Source: an uncultured Oscillospiraceae bacterium
GTDB lineage: Bacteria; Bacillota; Clostridia; Oscillospirales; CAG-382
Length of the DNA: 64,000 nucleotides
Reading direction: 5' to 3'
Assembly: GCA_964485815.1 (NCBI GenBank)
Contig: CAZAJX010000002.1
Coordinates: 3,659 to 67,658 of the forward strand
In this document: positions 1-9,143 of the stretch, piece after piece
Position numbering within the stretch: position 1 is the stretch's first letter
How the letters are laid out: every line of letters begins with the position of its first letter
Notes under the pieces: model-generated
What the model was told of the DNA's origin: nothing
Seen by the model: the letters and a program-made list of their open reading frames with translations, nothing else
Databases searched by the model: none
Program-made: the position numbers and the translations under genes

Positions 1-1
1 T

Positions 2-352
2 ACTGAGGAAAACGTTTCCAACGTTCCTCAGGTCGAATCCAACGATTCCTCCGCTTCTGTTGACGAAACCGAATCTTCAGAACCTGCTGATGACGGCAAG
101 GTTACATACACCGTTATCGTTGTTGACGAAAACAACGCTCCCCTTGAAGGCATCATTATTCAGTTCTGCGATGAAGAGAACTGCAAGCTTCCTCTTATGA
201 CAGACGCTGACGGAAAGGTTACCGTTGAATATGATGAGAGCAATTATCATATCACCATTACCGAAGCTGCCGGATATTCGTATGAATCCGAATATAATTT
301 TGAGGACGATTCAACCGATATCACCATAGTACTTTCCGCGCAGGACGAATAA
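2..352 (+). CDS. 3' end of an unidentified secreted/surface protein (partial, continues upstream of the window)
   Basis: The frame is open from the window edge to TAA 350-352. It has an acidic Ser/Glu-rich linker, then a ~90-aa beta-rich module (KVTYTVIVVDENNAPLEG...GKVTVEYDE). A hairpin terminator follows. Function not recognised. Confidence 0.55.
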   Translation, partial: TEENVSNVPQVESNDSSASVDETESSEPADDGKVTYTVIVVDENNAPLEGIIIQFCDEENCKLPLMTDADGKVTVEYDESNYHITITEAAGYSYESEYNFEDDSTDITIVLSAQDE

Positions 353-360
353 ATCATTAA

Positions 361-397
361 AGCAATAAGCGGTCAACACCTGCTTATTGCTTTTTTG
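361..397 (+). terminator. Rho-independent terminator
   Basis: 10-bp stem AGCAATAAGC/GCTTATTGCT (361-370/382-391) followed by TTTTTT. Confidence 0.8.
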
Positions 398-466
398 TTG
401 TTTGTTCGTTAACGTAAGTTATTATATAATTATGTAGATATTTATAATAAAATGCTCAAAAAGGTA

Positions 467-495
467 TTGAAAGAAATTAACATCTGTGTTAAAAT
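467..495 (+). promoter_or_regulatory. Sigma-A type promoter of the protease-Opp unit
   Basis: TTGAAA (467-472), 17-nt spacer, TAAAAT (490-495), with TGT immediately upstream (extended -10). Confidence 0.5.
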
Positions 496-553
496 ACTAT
501 GAATATGTATGTGCCAAAGGATATTATCTGTATCGGCTGAAGGAAGGTAAATT

Positions 554-3500
554 ATGGCTTTTAATACAAAGCAAAAAAGACTGTTTACAAAGTTAGGCGT
601 TGTTACGCTTGCCGTTGTATTCGTATGTGCTTGCTTCTGGGCAGGCGGCAGAGGCAGCGTTGCTGTTGCCGAATCGTTTATAAAGCTTGTGGACCGGGAG
701 TTAAACACCGGTTTATATGATTATTTTGACGATTCTGTTGTCTTTCGGCTCCCCTCCACCATTAAGGACAGCGATACGATTTCCTTAATCGTTCAGTTGA
801 AGGATCACTCTTCCGTAATGGACGTCTACGAAAACACCATTACTTCCAAAAGCTTCAGCGAATTTGCCAAGACCGACGAAGCTGTTGAAATTCGTGATTC
901 TATCAAAAACGAAAGCGAAAAGCTTATAAATATGCTTTCGGAAGCCGGGATAGAATTTACCGTGGGCAAGGATTATTCCGAGCTCATCAGCGGATTTGAA
1001 ATTATTGCAACCGGTGCGGAGTTCGAAGATGTCTGCACTGTTCTCAAATATGATGCAGACGTTTATATAAGCGAAGCCTATGAGGTTGAAAAGACCGAGC
1101 TTGTGGAAAACGACGTTAACGTATATGATACCGGTATATTCAACAGCTCTGCGTTCGGATATGACGGTACGGGAATTGTAGTTGCCGTGCTTGATACCGG
1201 TCTTGATTATACTCACACAGCCTTTTCTACCGATAACTTCACCGCTGACAGAAGCAAACTCGGTCTTACTTTTGATGACGTTGCTTCCGTTCTTGCAGAT
1301 TCGGTTGCCAACGAAATGAACCCCGGCATAACCGCTTCTGACGTTTATATAAACGAAAAAGTTCCTTTTGCCTTTGACTACGCCGACGAAGATTCTGACG
1401 TTTATCCTATTGCAAGCGATCACGGTACTCATGTTTCCGGTATTATTGCCGGTAAGGATGATGTTATAACCGGTGTTGCTCCCAACGCGCAGATCGTTGC
1501 CATGAAGATATTTTCCGATACCAAGGACAGTGCATTTGCTTCGTGGATACTTTCCGCTTTGGAAGATTGTGCCGTTCTGGGTGTTGATGTTATAAACATG
1601 TCTATCGGCACTGCCTGTGGTTTCAGCCGCGAGACCGATAAGGAGTTTATAAGCGGTGTTTATGATAGGATCCGTTCTCAGGGCATAAGCCTTGTTGTTG
1701 CGGCATCCAACAGCTTTAACTCCACTTACGGCTCTGAAAAGAACGGTAACCTCGGTCTTACCTCCAATCCCGACAGCGCAACGGTAGGTTCTCCTTCCAC
1801 CTATCCCGGCGTTTTGTCTGTTGGCTCGGTAAGCGGCGTAAAGACTCCTTATATGCTGTATAATGATACCATCATCTACTTCATTGAGTCTACTGACAGA
1901 GTATCCGAAGAAAAAGTATTTGTTGATGAATTGCTGGATAAAGATACAGATAGTTTAACTATTGAATATATTACTATTCCCGGTGCGGGAAGAAGCGCAG
2001 ATTATACGGGAATAGACGTTACCGGTAAGATCGTTCTGGTTAGCAGAGGCTCCACTACCTTTGAAGAAAAGGCTAACGTTGCCCAATCCAAAGGCGCTGC
2101 AGGTCTTATTATTTACAACAACGTTTCCGGTGATATTAAAATGAACGTGGGTGACACTACTCTGCCCGTATGTTCTATAAGTCAGGATGACGGTGAGATG
2201 CTTGCCGCCGCGGGAACCGGTACTATTACAATAAGCAGATCAAATACATCCGGTCCCTTTATGTCTGATTTCTCCTCCTGGGGTCCTGCGCCCGATCTAA
2301 GCCTTAAGCCCGAGATCACCGCACACGGCGGTTCTATCTATTCCGCTGTTCCCGGTCAGGATTACGACAGAATTTCGGGTACTTCCATGGCGTGCCCCAA
2401 TATTTCGGGAATTACCGTTCTGTTAAGACAGTACGTAACCGAAAACTTTTCCGATATAGCCGAAGATCCTATTGCTGTAACAAAGCTGGTTAACCAGCTT
2501 ATGATGTCAACCGCAGACATTCTTTTGAATAAAAACGGTCTTCCCTACTCTGTTCGTAAGCAAGGCGCCGGATTGGCTAATCTTGACAACTGCGCCGCTA
2601 CTAATGCATATATCATTACATATAACCGTGCTGACGGCACAGAGCTTGATAAAACCAAGATAGAGCTTGGCGATGATCCCCAAAAAACGGGTGTATACGA
2701 GCTTGTCTTCTCTGTTGTTAACTTTGGTGATACCGCTCTTTCTTACAACGTATCTGCATTTGTTATGACTGAAGGTGTAAGTGACACCAAAACAGCACAC
2801 GGTGAAACTACCGTAACCGAAGAAGCACAGCTTCTCGACAGTGCTGTTGTTGAAGTTTCTTCTGTTGAAAACGGCACTGTAAACGGTATGCAGATAACAG
2901 TCGCTCCCGGTACGAGCGCAAAGATCACCGTTACTGTAAAGCTGACGGACGAAAACAAAAAGTATATGGACGAATCCTTTGAAAACGGTATGTACGTGGA
3001 AGGATTTGTAGTCCTTGATTCTGTGGGCGATGCTGTTGACCTCAACGTTCCTTACCTTGCTTTTTACGGCGACTGGACGCTCGCTCCTATGTTTGACCTT
3101 GATTATTATGCGACCAATAAGGATGAGCTTGACGATTCTCTCGATTTAGTAGATAAAACCTTGCCCGATGCATACGCTACCCGTCCTATAGGCGGTATAA
3201 GCGGAGATTACGTTGGTTATCTGGGTTCTTTCTACTTCCGGCAAAATCCCGCTGTAACGCAAATCTCAGCTGATAGAAAGTACATCTCCCTCACTAATCA
3301 GGAGGACGGTATAAATTCCTTGAGATTCGTATGGGCAGGTCTTTTGAGAAACGCCGCAAGAGTTGATATAACCATTACCGACGATGCTACAGGAAAGACC
3401 GTCTACGAGCGTACCGAAAATGACATACGCAAATCCTACGGCGACGGCGGTCCTATTTATCCCGCAAACATTGAGATTGAGTTCAGCGCTATCGAACAAA

Positions 3501-6500
3501 ATCTCAAAAACAACACCTCCTACACCGTAACGCTTAAATCTTATCTGGATTACGGCGACGGCGGCGGAGATACAAACCTTTCCAATGAATTTACCTTCCC
3601 TCTCGTAACCGACTTTGAAGCGCCCTCTGTAACTGATTGCGAATTCTATACCGAATATGACAGCTCTAACAAGGAAATGCGCTATTATGCAAAATTATCG
3701 GTATATGATAATCATTATGCTATGGGTCTGCAGGTTGGCTACGTTGGTATGGATGATGCGGGCACGGGATATATGCTGAATGCATTTGATCAGTACATGA
3801 CCCCCGTTTATTCCGAATTCAATACCAATACGTACGTTATCTATGAACTGACAGATTATATTGATATAATCCGTAACAACGCCACAAACAAAAACACAAT
3901 TACCGTTGCTTGCTACGATTACGCTCTTAATCAGGCTACCTACGAGATAGAACTGCCCGATGATTTCCTTGATATCGATTTTGCCGAAGAAGAGATCGTG
4001 CTCAGCCCTTACGAGGTAGTTGATCTGCTTCCCTTGGTATATCCCGATACCGAATGGTCAGAATTACTTGAGTTTTATTGTACAGAACCTGCGACCGGTG
4101 CGGTTGGCAAGGTCGTTAATAATCAGCTTGTTGCAGTTAAACCCGGCACTGCGGTTGTAATTGCCCGTGACACCGTTACCAAAAAGCAAGCAAGCATAAC
4201 CTTGAGAGTGCTTTCGCCCGAGGATGAGGGGTATGTCCAGTATGATAAGCCCGTTCTGGACAACTTCAGCCTTACGGGATACAAGGTAAATAAAGCATAT
4301 TATTTCCTCAGTACCGACGAAAGAGATATCGGCGCTACGGGAGATGAGATGAAGTTTACTTCAGATCAGTATTCTCTGGATATGTATCCTTCCGAATCCG
4401 TAACGTTGAAATACCAGCTCGATGCTTTCTTCCCTGCCGATACCAAGGTAGTGTTTGAATCGAGTAACGAAAATATCGTTAAGGTTGATGAAAACGGCGT
4501 GATTACGGCGGTTGCAAAAGGATATGCTTCAGTTTCCGTTAAGGTATTGATGGATGGTAAGAGTACCTACTATTCGCAAAACATTACCATTACTGTAAAA
4601 GATCCTTATATAACTACCGGTGCAAGCCTCACCCATTATTTCGGTCTTGGCGGTGAAGTTGTTATTCCCGAATCCTTGTCTTTGACAGAAATCGGTCAAT
4701 ACGCGTTCTCTAACTACGATTACATTGCCAAAGAGCCTCACGAAATTACAGAGGCAGAGCCCGATGCAACAAAAATGTGGTATATCGGTGATGATACCAT
4801 TACCACTGTTATAATTCCCGAAGGTGTAGAGAAGATCGGTCCTTATGCATTTGCAAATCTTACCGCATTAAAGACGGTCGTTCTTCCTTCCACACTTAAG
4901 ACTATCAGCCAAGGTGCGTTCTACGGATGTACCTCACTCACCACCGTTGAAGGTCTTGAAAACGTTAAATTTATTAACCAAGGCGCATTTTACGGATGTA
5001 ATATAAAGACTGATCTGTCTTTGGACAATGCTGTTGCTATAGCGGATTACGCTTTTGCATACAACGAAAAGCTTGATGAAGTAAAGCTTTCGAAGAATAC
5101 CCAGTCTATCGGTGCATACGCCTTTGCAGGCTGTAAGGATCTTAGGGATCTTACTATCGAAGCCGATTACGTTAAGCTGGGACAATATGCTTTCTCCGAT
5201 TGTAAATCACTGAAGGAAGTATCCGTAAACAGCGCAGTTATTCCCGCAGGTGCGTTCAGCGGCTGTAAAAAGCTTAAAAACGTTACTCTTGGAAAAGATG
5301 TTGCCGTTATTGCGGAATACGCATTTGGCGGAACTGCTATTGAAAAGCTTACTTTTGAAAAATCCGACAAGTTTGTATTAAGCGCAGACGGAACATACGT
5401 TACCAATGCCGACGGCACCGAACTGCTTTTGGTTCTTGCTTCCGCAGGAGAGCATTTTGCTCCCAATGATAACAAGATCGTTTCAATAGGCAGCGGCGCT
5501 TTCTCCGGAAACACGGAGATACGTTCCGTTACCCTTCCCCGCGTAACTTCGGTTGGCGATTATGCCTTTGCAGGCTGTGAGGATTTAAGAGAAGTTGAGC
5601 TTGGCACGCTTACCCGTATCGGTGCGTATGCATTCAAGGGCACCGCTATTTCCGAAACACCGGCTCTTGACAAGGTATCCGTTGTTTCCGAATACGCTTT
5701 TGCAGGTTCGATGATAACAAAGGTTGTCATTCCCGATAACACGGTTATCGAGGAAGGCGCATTCAGTGAATGTAAAAAGCTGCAATCTGTTACTATCGGC
5801 GATGACGTTGTTATCGGAAATAAGGCGTTTTATCTTGATCCTCTTACCAACTGGTCTTATGATTTTTATACTATTGACGAAGTAAGATATTACTTCTACG
5901 TATACGAATCCTCTCTCAAGAATTTGTCTATCGGAGATAATGCGGTAATCGGTGATTACGCATTTACCGGCGCTTCCGCGCTTACAAGTGTTGAACTTGG
6001 CAACGATGCCGAAATCGGCGATTTTGCTTTCTACAACGCTTGTTCGCTCAAGAGTATCGATCTTTCTTCTGTTTTGAAGATCGGCGAAAATGCCTTCTCC
6101 GGCGACGTTCACTTTATTGCTCTTGACAGTACGTTCACAAGCTACGCTGTTGATGAAGATGGATACTATATCTACTCTTATAACTCCCCTGCATTGACAA
6201 ACGTTTCCTTGCAGAAAGTCGAGTCTATCGGCGCAAATGCCTTTGCGTACTGCAAGTCTTTGGAAACTGTTCTGCTGGGTGACGGTGTGACGGCAATTAA
6301 CGATAACACGTTCAACGGCTGTGAATCTCTTTCCGAGATAAATCTTGAAAAGATAACAGAAATCGGCGATTATGCGTTTGCCGAGTCGGCGCTTGAGAAT
6401 ATTGATCTTTCCGGCGCTACAGTTATCGGAGAATATGCGTTCTTTGAAAACGCTTACCTTAATTCTGTTGTTCTCAATCCTAACGGAAGTACTGCCGGCG

Positions 6501-7762
6501 AAGGTGCGTTTGCTTACTGCAGCACGCTTTCGGAAGTAGAAAACGAAGAATATGTAACCGAATTCTGTGATTATGCATTTGCTTATACCGCCGTTACAGA
6601 GGTAGATCTTACCGCTGCAGTTAAGCTTGGCGACCACGTATTTATCAAATCCGAATACACGGAATTTGATGTAGTTTTGGGTGATAAGCTTTCCGAGCTG
6701 GGTAACAATCCTTTTGCGATGTGCGATATAAAGCCTTTCTCCGTAACTACGGTCACCGAGTTCAACGGCAATAAATACGAAAACGATGTTTTCACCTTTG
6801 AGCTCAACGAATACGTTAAGGTGATCGACGGTTCTTTGTACATTACCGTGCCCAACGGCATAGAGCTTACAACCTATGCAGGAAGCGATGACGTTGCGGC
6901 TGTAGCCGAGAATACTGTCCGTATATCCGCATTTGCATTTGCATCTTCCGATGTAAAGCAGGTAATACTCCCCTACACCGTACATTCTATCGGACACAAA
7001 GCCTTCTTTGGCTGTGAAAAGCTGGAACTCGTTTCCTTCAGCAGCTATAATGCGCCTATTCTTGAAGAAGAATACGATTATCTCTACTATGTGTCCTGTG
7101 AAAACATTTCGGGTAGCGGAGAATACACCTTTACTGCCGCTGACGGTAAGACACAAATAGTTCAGCAGGGACTTGGAATCACACCCTACTTTATGTGGAA
7201 TGCTTCCGAAACACCCTCGTCCGTATTCTATGGAGCTAACTTTACAAACTATATCGGTCATGTTTCAAAAAAGATCGTTATGGTTCGTCCCGCTAACGGT
7301 AAAAACTACGATTCCTTTATATTCAATCAATACTTCTCTACGGTGGTAGACGGCGCAGCGGCTGCTGACGAGATCACGCTTGCAGCCATAAACGCAATCA
7401 ACGCACTGCCCGAGAATATTACTCTCGCCGATAAAGCTTTGGTTGAAGCCGCAAGAGAGGCGTATAACCGCATTTCTCTCCTTGAGCAAAAGGCACTTGT
7501 CACCAATTACAACGTGCTTACTCAAGCTGAAAAGCGTATAAGCGACCTTGAGTATCTCGCTCGGACCGATACGTCGATTGATGATACTTCGGGCGACGTT
7601 GGCGGTAACGGCGCGATAGTGGCTATCATATGCGTGGTTTGCGTTTTAGCAGTTTTGGGATGCGGTGCGGCTGTAACCGTCATTTTCCTAAAAAAGAAAA
7701 ACCGCATTAAAAAAGATGCGCAAACAGAAGACTCTGATAATCAACAAGAAATCGGAGAATAA
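554..7762 (+). CDS. Giant cell-surface subtilisin-like (S8) serine protease fused to Big_2-like domains and a BspA-type leucine-rich-repeat region, with a C-terminal membrane anchor
   Basis: 7.2-kb ORF with SD GAAGGAAGG 6 nt before ATG 554 and an N-terminal hydrophobic signal. Subtilase triad motifs are VLDTGLD (Asp codon 1193-1195), DHGTHVSG (His codon 1421-1423) and GTSMACP (Ser codon 2384-2386), with a PA-like insert between His and Ser. Two Big_2-like segments follow (e.g. NENIVKVDENGVITAVAKGYASVSVKV). Then come ~1000 aa of IGxYAFxxCxxLxxV repeats. The C-terminus has a hydrophobic helix plus KKKNRIKK. Confidence 0.9.
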   Translation: MAFNTKQKRLFTKLGVVTLAVVFVCACFWAGGRGSVAVAESFIKLVDRELNTGLYDYFDDSVVFRLPSTIKDSDTISLIVQLKDHSSVMDVYENTITSKSFSEFAKTDEAVEIRDSIKNESEKLINMLSEAGIEFTVGKDYSELISGFEIIATGAEFEDVCTVLKYDADVYISEAYEVEKTELVENDVNVYDTGIFNSSAFGYDGTGIVVAVLDTGLDYTHTAFSTDNFTADRSKLGLTFDDVASVLADSVANEMNPGITASDVYINEKVPFAFDYADEDSDVYPIASDHGTHVSGIIAGKDDVITGVAPNAQIVAMKIFSDTKDSAFASWILSALEDCAVLGVDVINMSIGTACGFSRETDKEFISGVYDRIRSQGISLVVAASNSFNSTYGSEKNGNLGLTSNPDSATVGSPSTYPGVLSVGSVSGVKTPYMLYNDTIIYFIESTDRVSEEKVFVDELLDKDTDSLTIEYITIPGAGRSADYTGIDVTGKIVLVSRGSTTFEEKANVAQSKGAAGLIIYNNVSGDIKMNVGDTTLPVCSISQDDGEMLAAAGTGTITISRSNTSGPFMSDFSSWGPAPDLSLKPEITAHGGSIYSAVPGQDYDRISGTSMACPNISGITVLLRQYVTENFSDIAEDPIAVTKLVNQLMMSTADILLNKNGLPYSVRKQGAGLANLDNCAATNAYIITYNRADGTELDKTKIELGDDPQKTGVYELVFSVVNFGDTALSYNVSAFVMTEGVSDTKTAHGETTVTEEAQLLDSAVVEVSSVENGTVNGMQITVAPGTSAKITVTVKLTDENKKYMDESFENGMYVEGFVVLDSVGDAVDLNVPYLAFYGDWTLAPMFDLDYYATNKDELDDSLDLVDKTLPDAYATRPIGGISGDYVGYLGSFYFRQNPAVTQISADRKYISLTNQEDGINSLRFVWAGLLRNAARVDITITDDATGKTVYERTENDIRKSYGDGGPIYPANIEIEFSAIEQNLKNNTSYTVTLKSYLDYGDGGGDTNLSNEFTFPLVTDFEAPSVTDCEFYTEYDSSNKEMRYYAKLSVYDNHYAMGLQVGYVGMDDAGTGYMLNAFDQYMTPVYSEFNTNTYVIYELTDYIDIIRNNATNKNTITVACYDYALNQATYEIELPDDFLDIDFAEEEIVLSPYEVVDLLPLVYPDTEWSELLEFYCTEPATGAVGKVVNNQLVAVKPGTAVVIARDTVTKKQASITLRVLSPEDEGYVQYDKPVLDNFSLTGYKVNKAYYFLSTDERDIGATGDEMKFTSDQYSLDMYPSESVTLKYQLDAFFPADTKVVFESSNENIVKVDENGVITAVAKGYASVSVKVLMDGKSTYYSQNITITVKDPYITTGASLTHYFGLGGEVVIPESLSLTEIGQYAFSNYDYIAKEPHEITEAEPDATKMWYIGDDTITTVIIPEGVEKIGPYAFANLTALKTVVLPSTLKTISQGAFYGCTSLTTVEGLENVKFINQGAFYGCNIKTDLSLDNAVAIADYAFAYNEKLDEVKLSKNTQSIGAYAFAGCKDLRDLTIEADYVKLGQYAFSDCKSLKEVSVNSAVIPAGAFSGCKKLKNVTLGKDVAVIAEYAFGGTAIEKLTFEKSDKFVLSADGTYVTNADGTELLLVLASAGEHFAPNDNKIVSIGSGAFSGNTEIRSVTLPRVTSVGDYAFAGCEDLREVELGTLTRIGAYAFKGTAISETPALDKVSVVSEYAFAGSMITKVVIPDNTVIEEGAFSECKKLQSVTIGDDVVIGNKAFYLDPLTNWSYDFYTIDEVRYYFYVYESSLKNLSIGDNAVIGDYAFTGASALTSVELGNDAEIGDFAFYNACSLKSIDLSSVLKIGENAFSGDVHFIALDSTFTSYAVDEDGYYIYSYNSPALTNVSLQKVESIGANAFAYCKSLETVLLGDGVTAINDNTFNGCESLSEINLEKITEIGDYAFAESALENIDLSGATVIGEYAFFENAYLNSVVLNPNGSTAGEGAFAYCSTLSEVENEEYVTEFCDYAFAYTAVTEVDLTAAVKLGDHVFIKSEYTEFDVVLGDKLSELGNNPFAMCDIKPFSVTTVTEFNGNKYENDVFTFELNEYVKVIDGSLYITVPNGIELTTYAGSDDVAAVAENTVRISAFAFASSDVKQVILPYTVHSIGHKAFFGCEKLELVSFSSYNAPILEEEYDYLYYVSCENISGSGEYTFTAADGKTQIVQQGLGITPYFMWNASETPSSVFYGANFTNYIGHVSKKIVMVRPANGKNYDSFIFNQYFSTVVDGAAAADEITLAAINAINALPENITLADKALVEAAREAYNRISLLEQKALVTNYNVLTQAEKRISDLEYLARTDTSIDDTSGDVGGNGAIVAIICVVCVLAVLGCGAAVTVIFLKKKNRIKKDAQTEDSDNQQEIGE

Positions 7763-7765
7763 ATA

Positions 7766-9112
7766 ATGAAAACTTATACTAAATTGTTTGTTACGGCAGG
7801 ATTACTTATTTTGGTAATCCTTGCCGCAACCTCTTGCTCCGGCAACTGGGATCCCCCTTACGAAGAATTAAATAAATCCGGTTACACTGTAAGCGTTAGA
7901 TTCGATGCCAACGGCGGTGTTTTCGCAGGCACAAACGACGTAAGCATTATAGATGTTTTTGATGCAGAAAGTGTTACGGCAGAAGGAGGTGTGTATCTCC
8001 TTTCTCCCGATGATCCCGCTCGTGCGGAAGGCGCATTTTCCATTTCGAGAAGCGGTTATTTCCTTGCAGGATGGTACACCGAGCGTCAGCTTCGCACCGA
8101 TGAAAACGGCAAACCTCTGGATGAATTCGGTGTTTCAACCGAAGTTTCGGGACGTCCTCAAGGTTATATTTACAGCGGACTTTGGAATTTTGACACCGAT
8201 ACGCTTTTTTTAGAGTCTGCTGACGGTCTTTCCGCAGAAACACCTTGTTGTACTTTGTATGCCGCTTGGATTCCCTATTTCACATACGAGTTTTATACTC
8301 CCGATGCTGACGGGAGTATGACTCTGCTTGACAGTCTTAATGCCATTGACCTTAAGCTTCCCGAATGGAGCGAAAAAACGGGAAAGCTGAACACAAACTC
8401 TTTCCCTCTGCGGGATGGATATACCTTTGATTCCGTATATTTGTCTGATGATCTTTCAGAGCCCCTTACTGAAAATATACACGGTGCGGAAAAGTACGTT
8501 GACTATGCGCACGGCGTTACAAGCGTGGAAAAGGTAAGTGTTTATACTACCTGGCTCGAGGGCAGTTGGTTTAAGATATATAACGCTGAGCAATTCTACA
8601 GCAACAGCCGTCTTGACGGTAACTATATACTTTGCAACGATATTGATTTTTCGGATAACGTATGGTCCCCCACCCTTTCCAAGGGTAAGTTTACCGGAAA
8701 GATTATCGGTAACGGGTACAAGATATCCAACGTTAACGTTATACAAGGCGACAGCTCTCAACTTTTTGGCGGTCTGTTCGGTTCTTTGGAAGCGAACGCT
8801 GTTTTGCAGGACGTAGTGTTCGAAAACATAACCTACGAAATCAATGCAGGCTCAAGAATGCAGGGCGCAGCCTTCGGCATATTGGCAGGTATCGTTTCCA
8901 ACGATGCGGTTCTGGATAACGTACAGATTTCGGGCGAGCTCGTAATCGGTGCGGATTGCTTCCCGCAGACGGGATATGTTATAGGTTTACTTTGCGGCAG
9001 CGGAAATACGGATATTGATATATCCGGCATCACCTGCATAGCAGACGAATCTGCCGAAAATATAACCGTTGAGACCGAATCCGACGGAAGCGTAAACATT
9101 TATTTTAACTAA
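7766..9112 (+). CDS. Lipoprotein with an InlB B-repeat (Listeria-Bacteroides repeat) type domain and a GLUG-motif type domain
   Basis: Starts 3 nt after the protease stop, with SD GGAGA inside the protease 3' end. The signal peptide ends LAATS-C. Motifs: YTVSVRFDANGG...GYFLAGWY, then DIDF..W.P...F.G.IIGNGYKISN...FGGLFG. Confidence 0.7.
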   Translation: MKTYTKLFVTAGLLILVILAATSCSGNWDPPYEELNKSGYTVSVRFDANGGVFAGTNDVSIIDVFDAESVTAEGGVYLLSPDDPARAEGAFSISRSGYFLAGWYTERQLRTDENGKPLDEFGVSTEVSGRPQGYIYSGLWNFDTDTLFLESADGLSAETPCCTLYAAWIPYFTYEFYTPDADGSMTLLDSLNAIDLKLPEWSEKTGKLNTNSFPLRDGYTFDSVYLSDDLSEPLTENIHGAEKYVDYAHGVTSVEKVSVYTTWLEGSWFKIYNAEQFYSNSRLDGNYILCNDIDFSDNVWSPTLSKGKFTGKIIGNGYKISNVNVIQGDSSQLFGGLFGSLEANAVLQDVVFENITYEINAGSRMQGAAFGILAGIVSNDAVLDNVQISGELVIGADCFPQTGYVIGLLCGSGNTDIDISGITCIADESAENITVETESDGSVNIYFN

Positions 9113-9143
9113 AATATTTCACAATATAAACGGAGGCTTTAAA

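Noticed and set aside
24-45. tRNA T-arm-like string GGTCGAATCC
   Set aside because: It lies inside an open reading frame with no acceptor or anticodon stems around it. No other tRNA- or rRNA-like sequence was noticed anywhere in the window.
5585-7261. 558-aa antisense ORF inside the LRR region of the giant protease gene
   Set aside because: It has the same codon-aligned antisense phase as the guaB case (7261 falls on a sense codon third position). The sense strand has a clear repeat architecture continuous with the rest of the 2402-aa protein, and there are no start signals.
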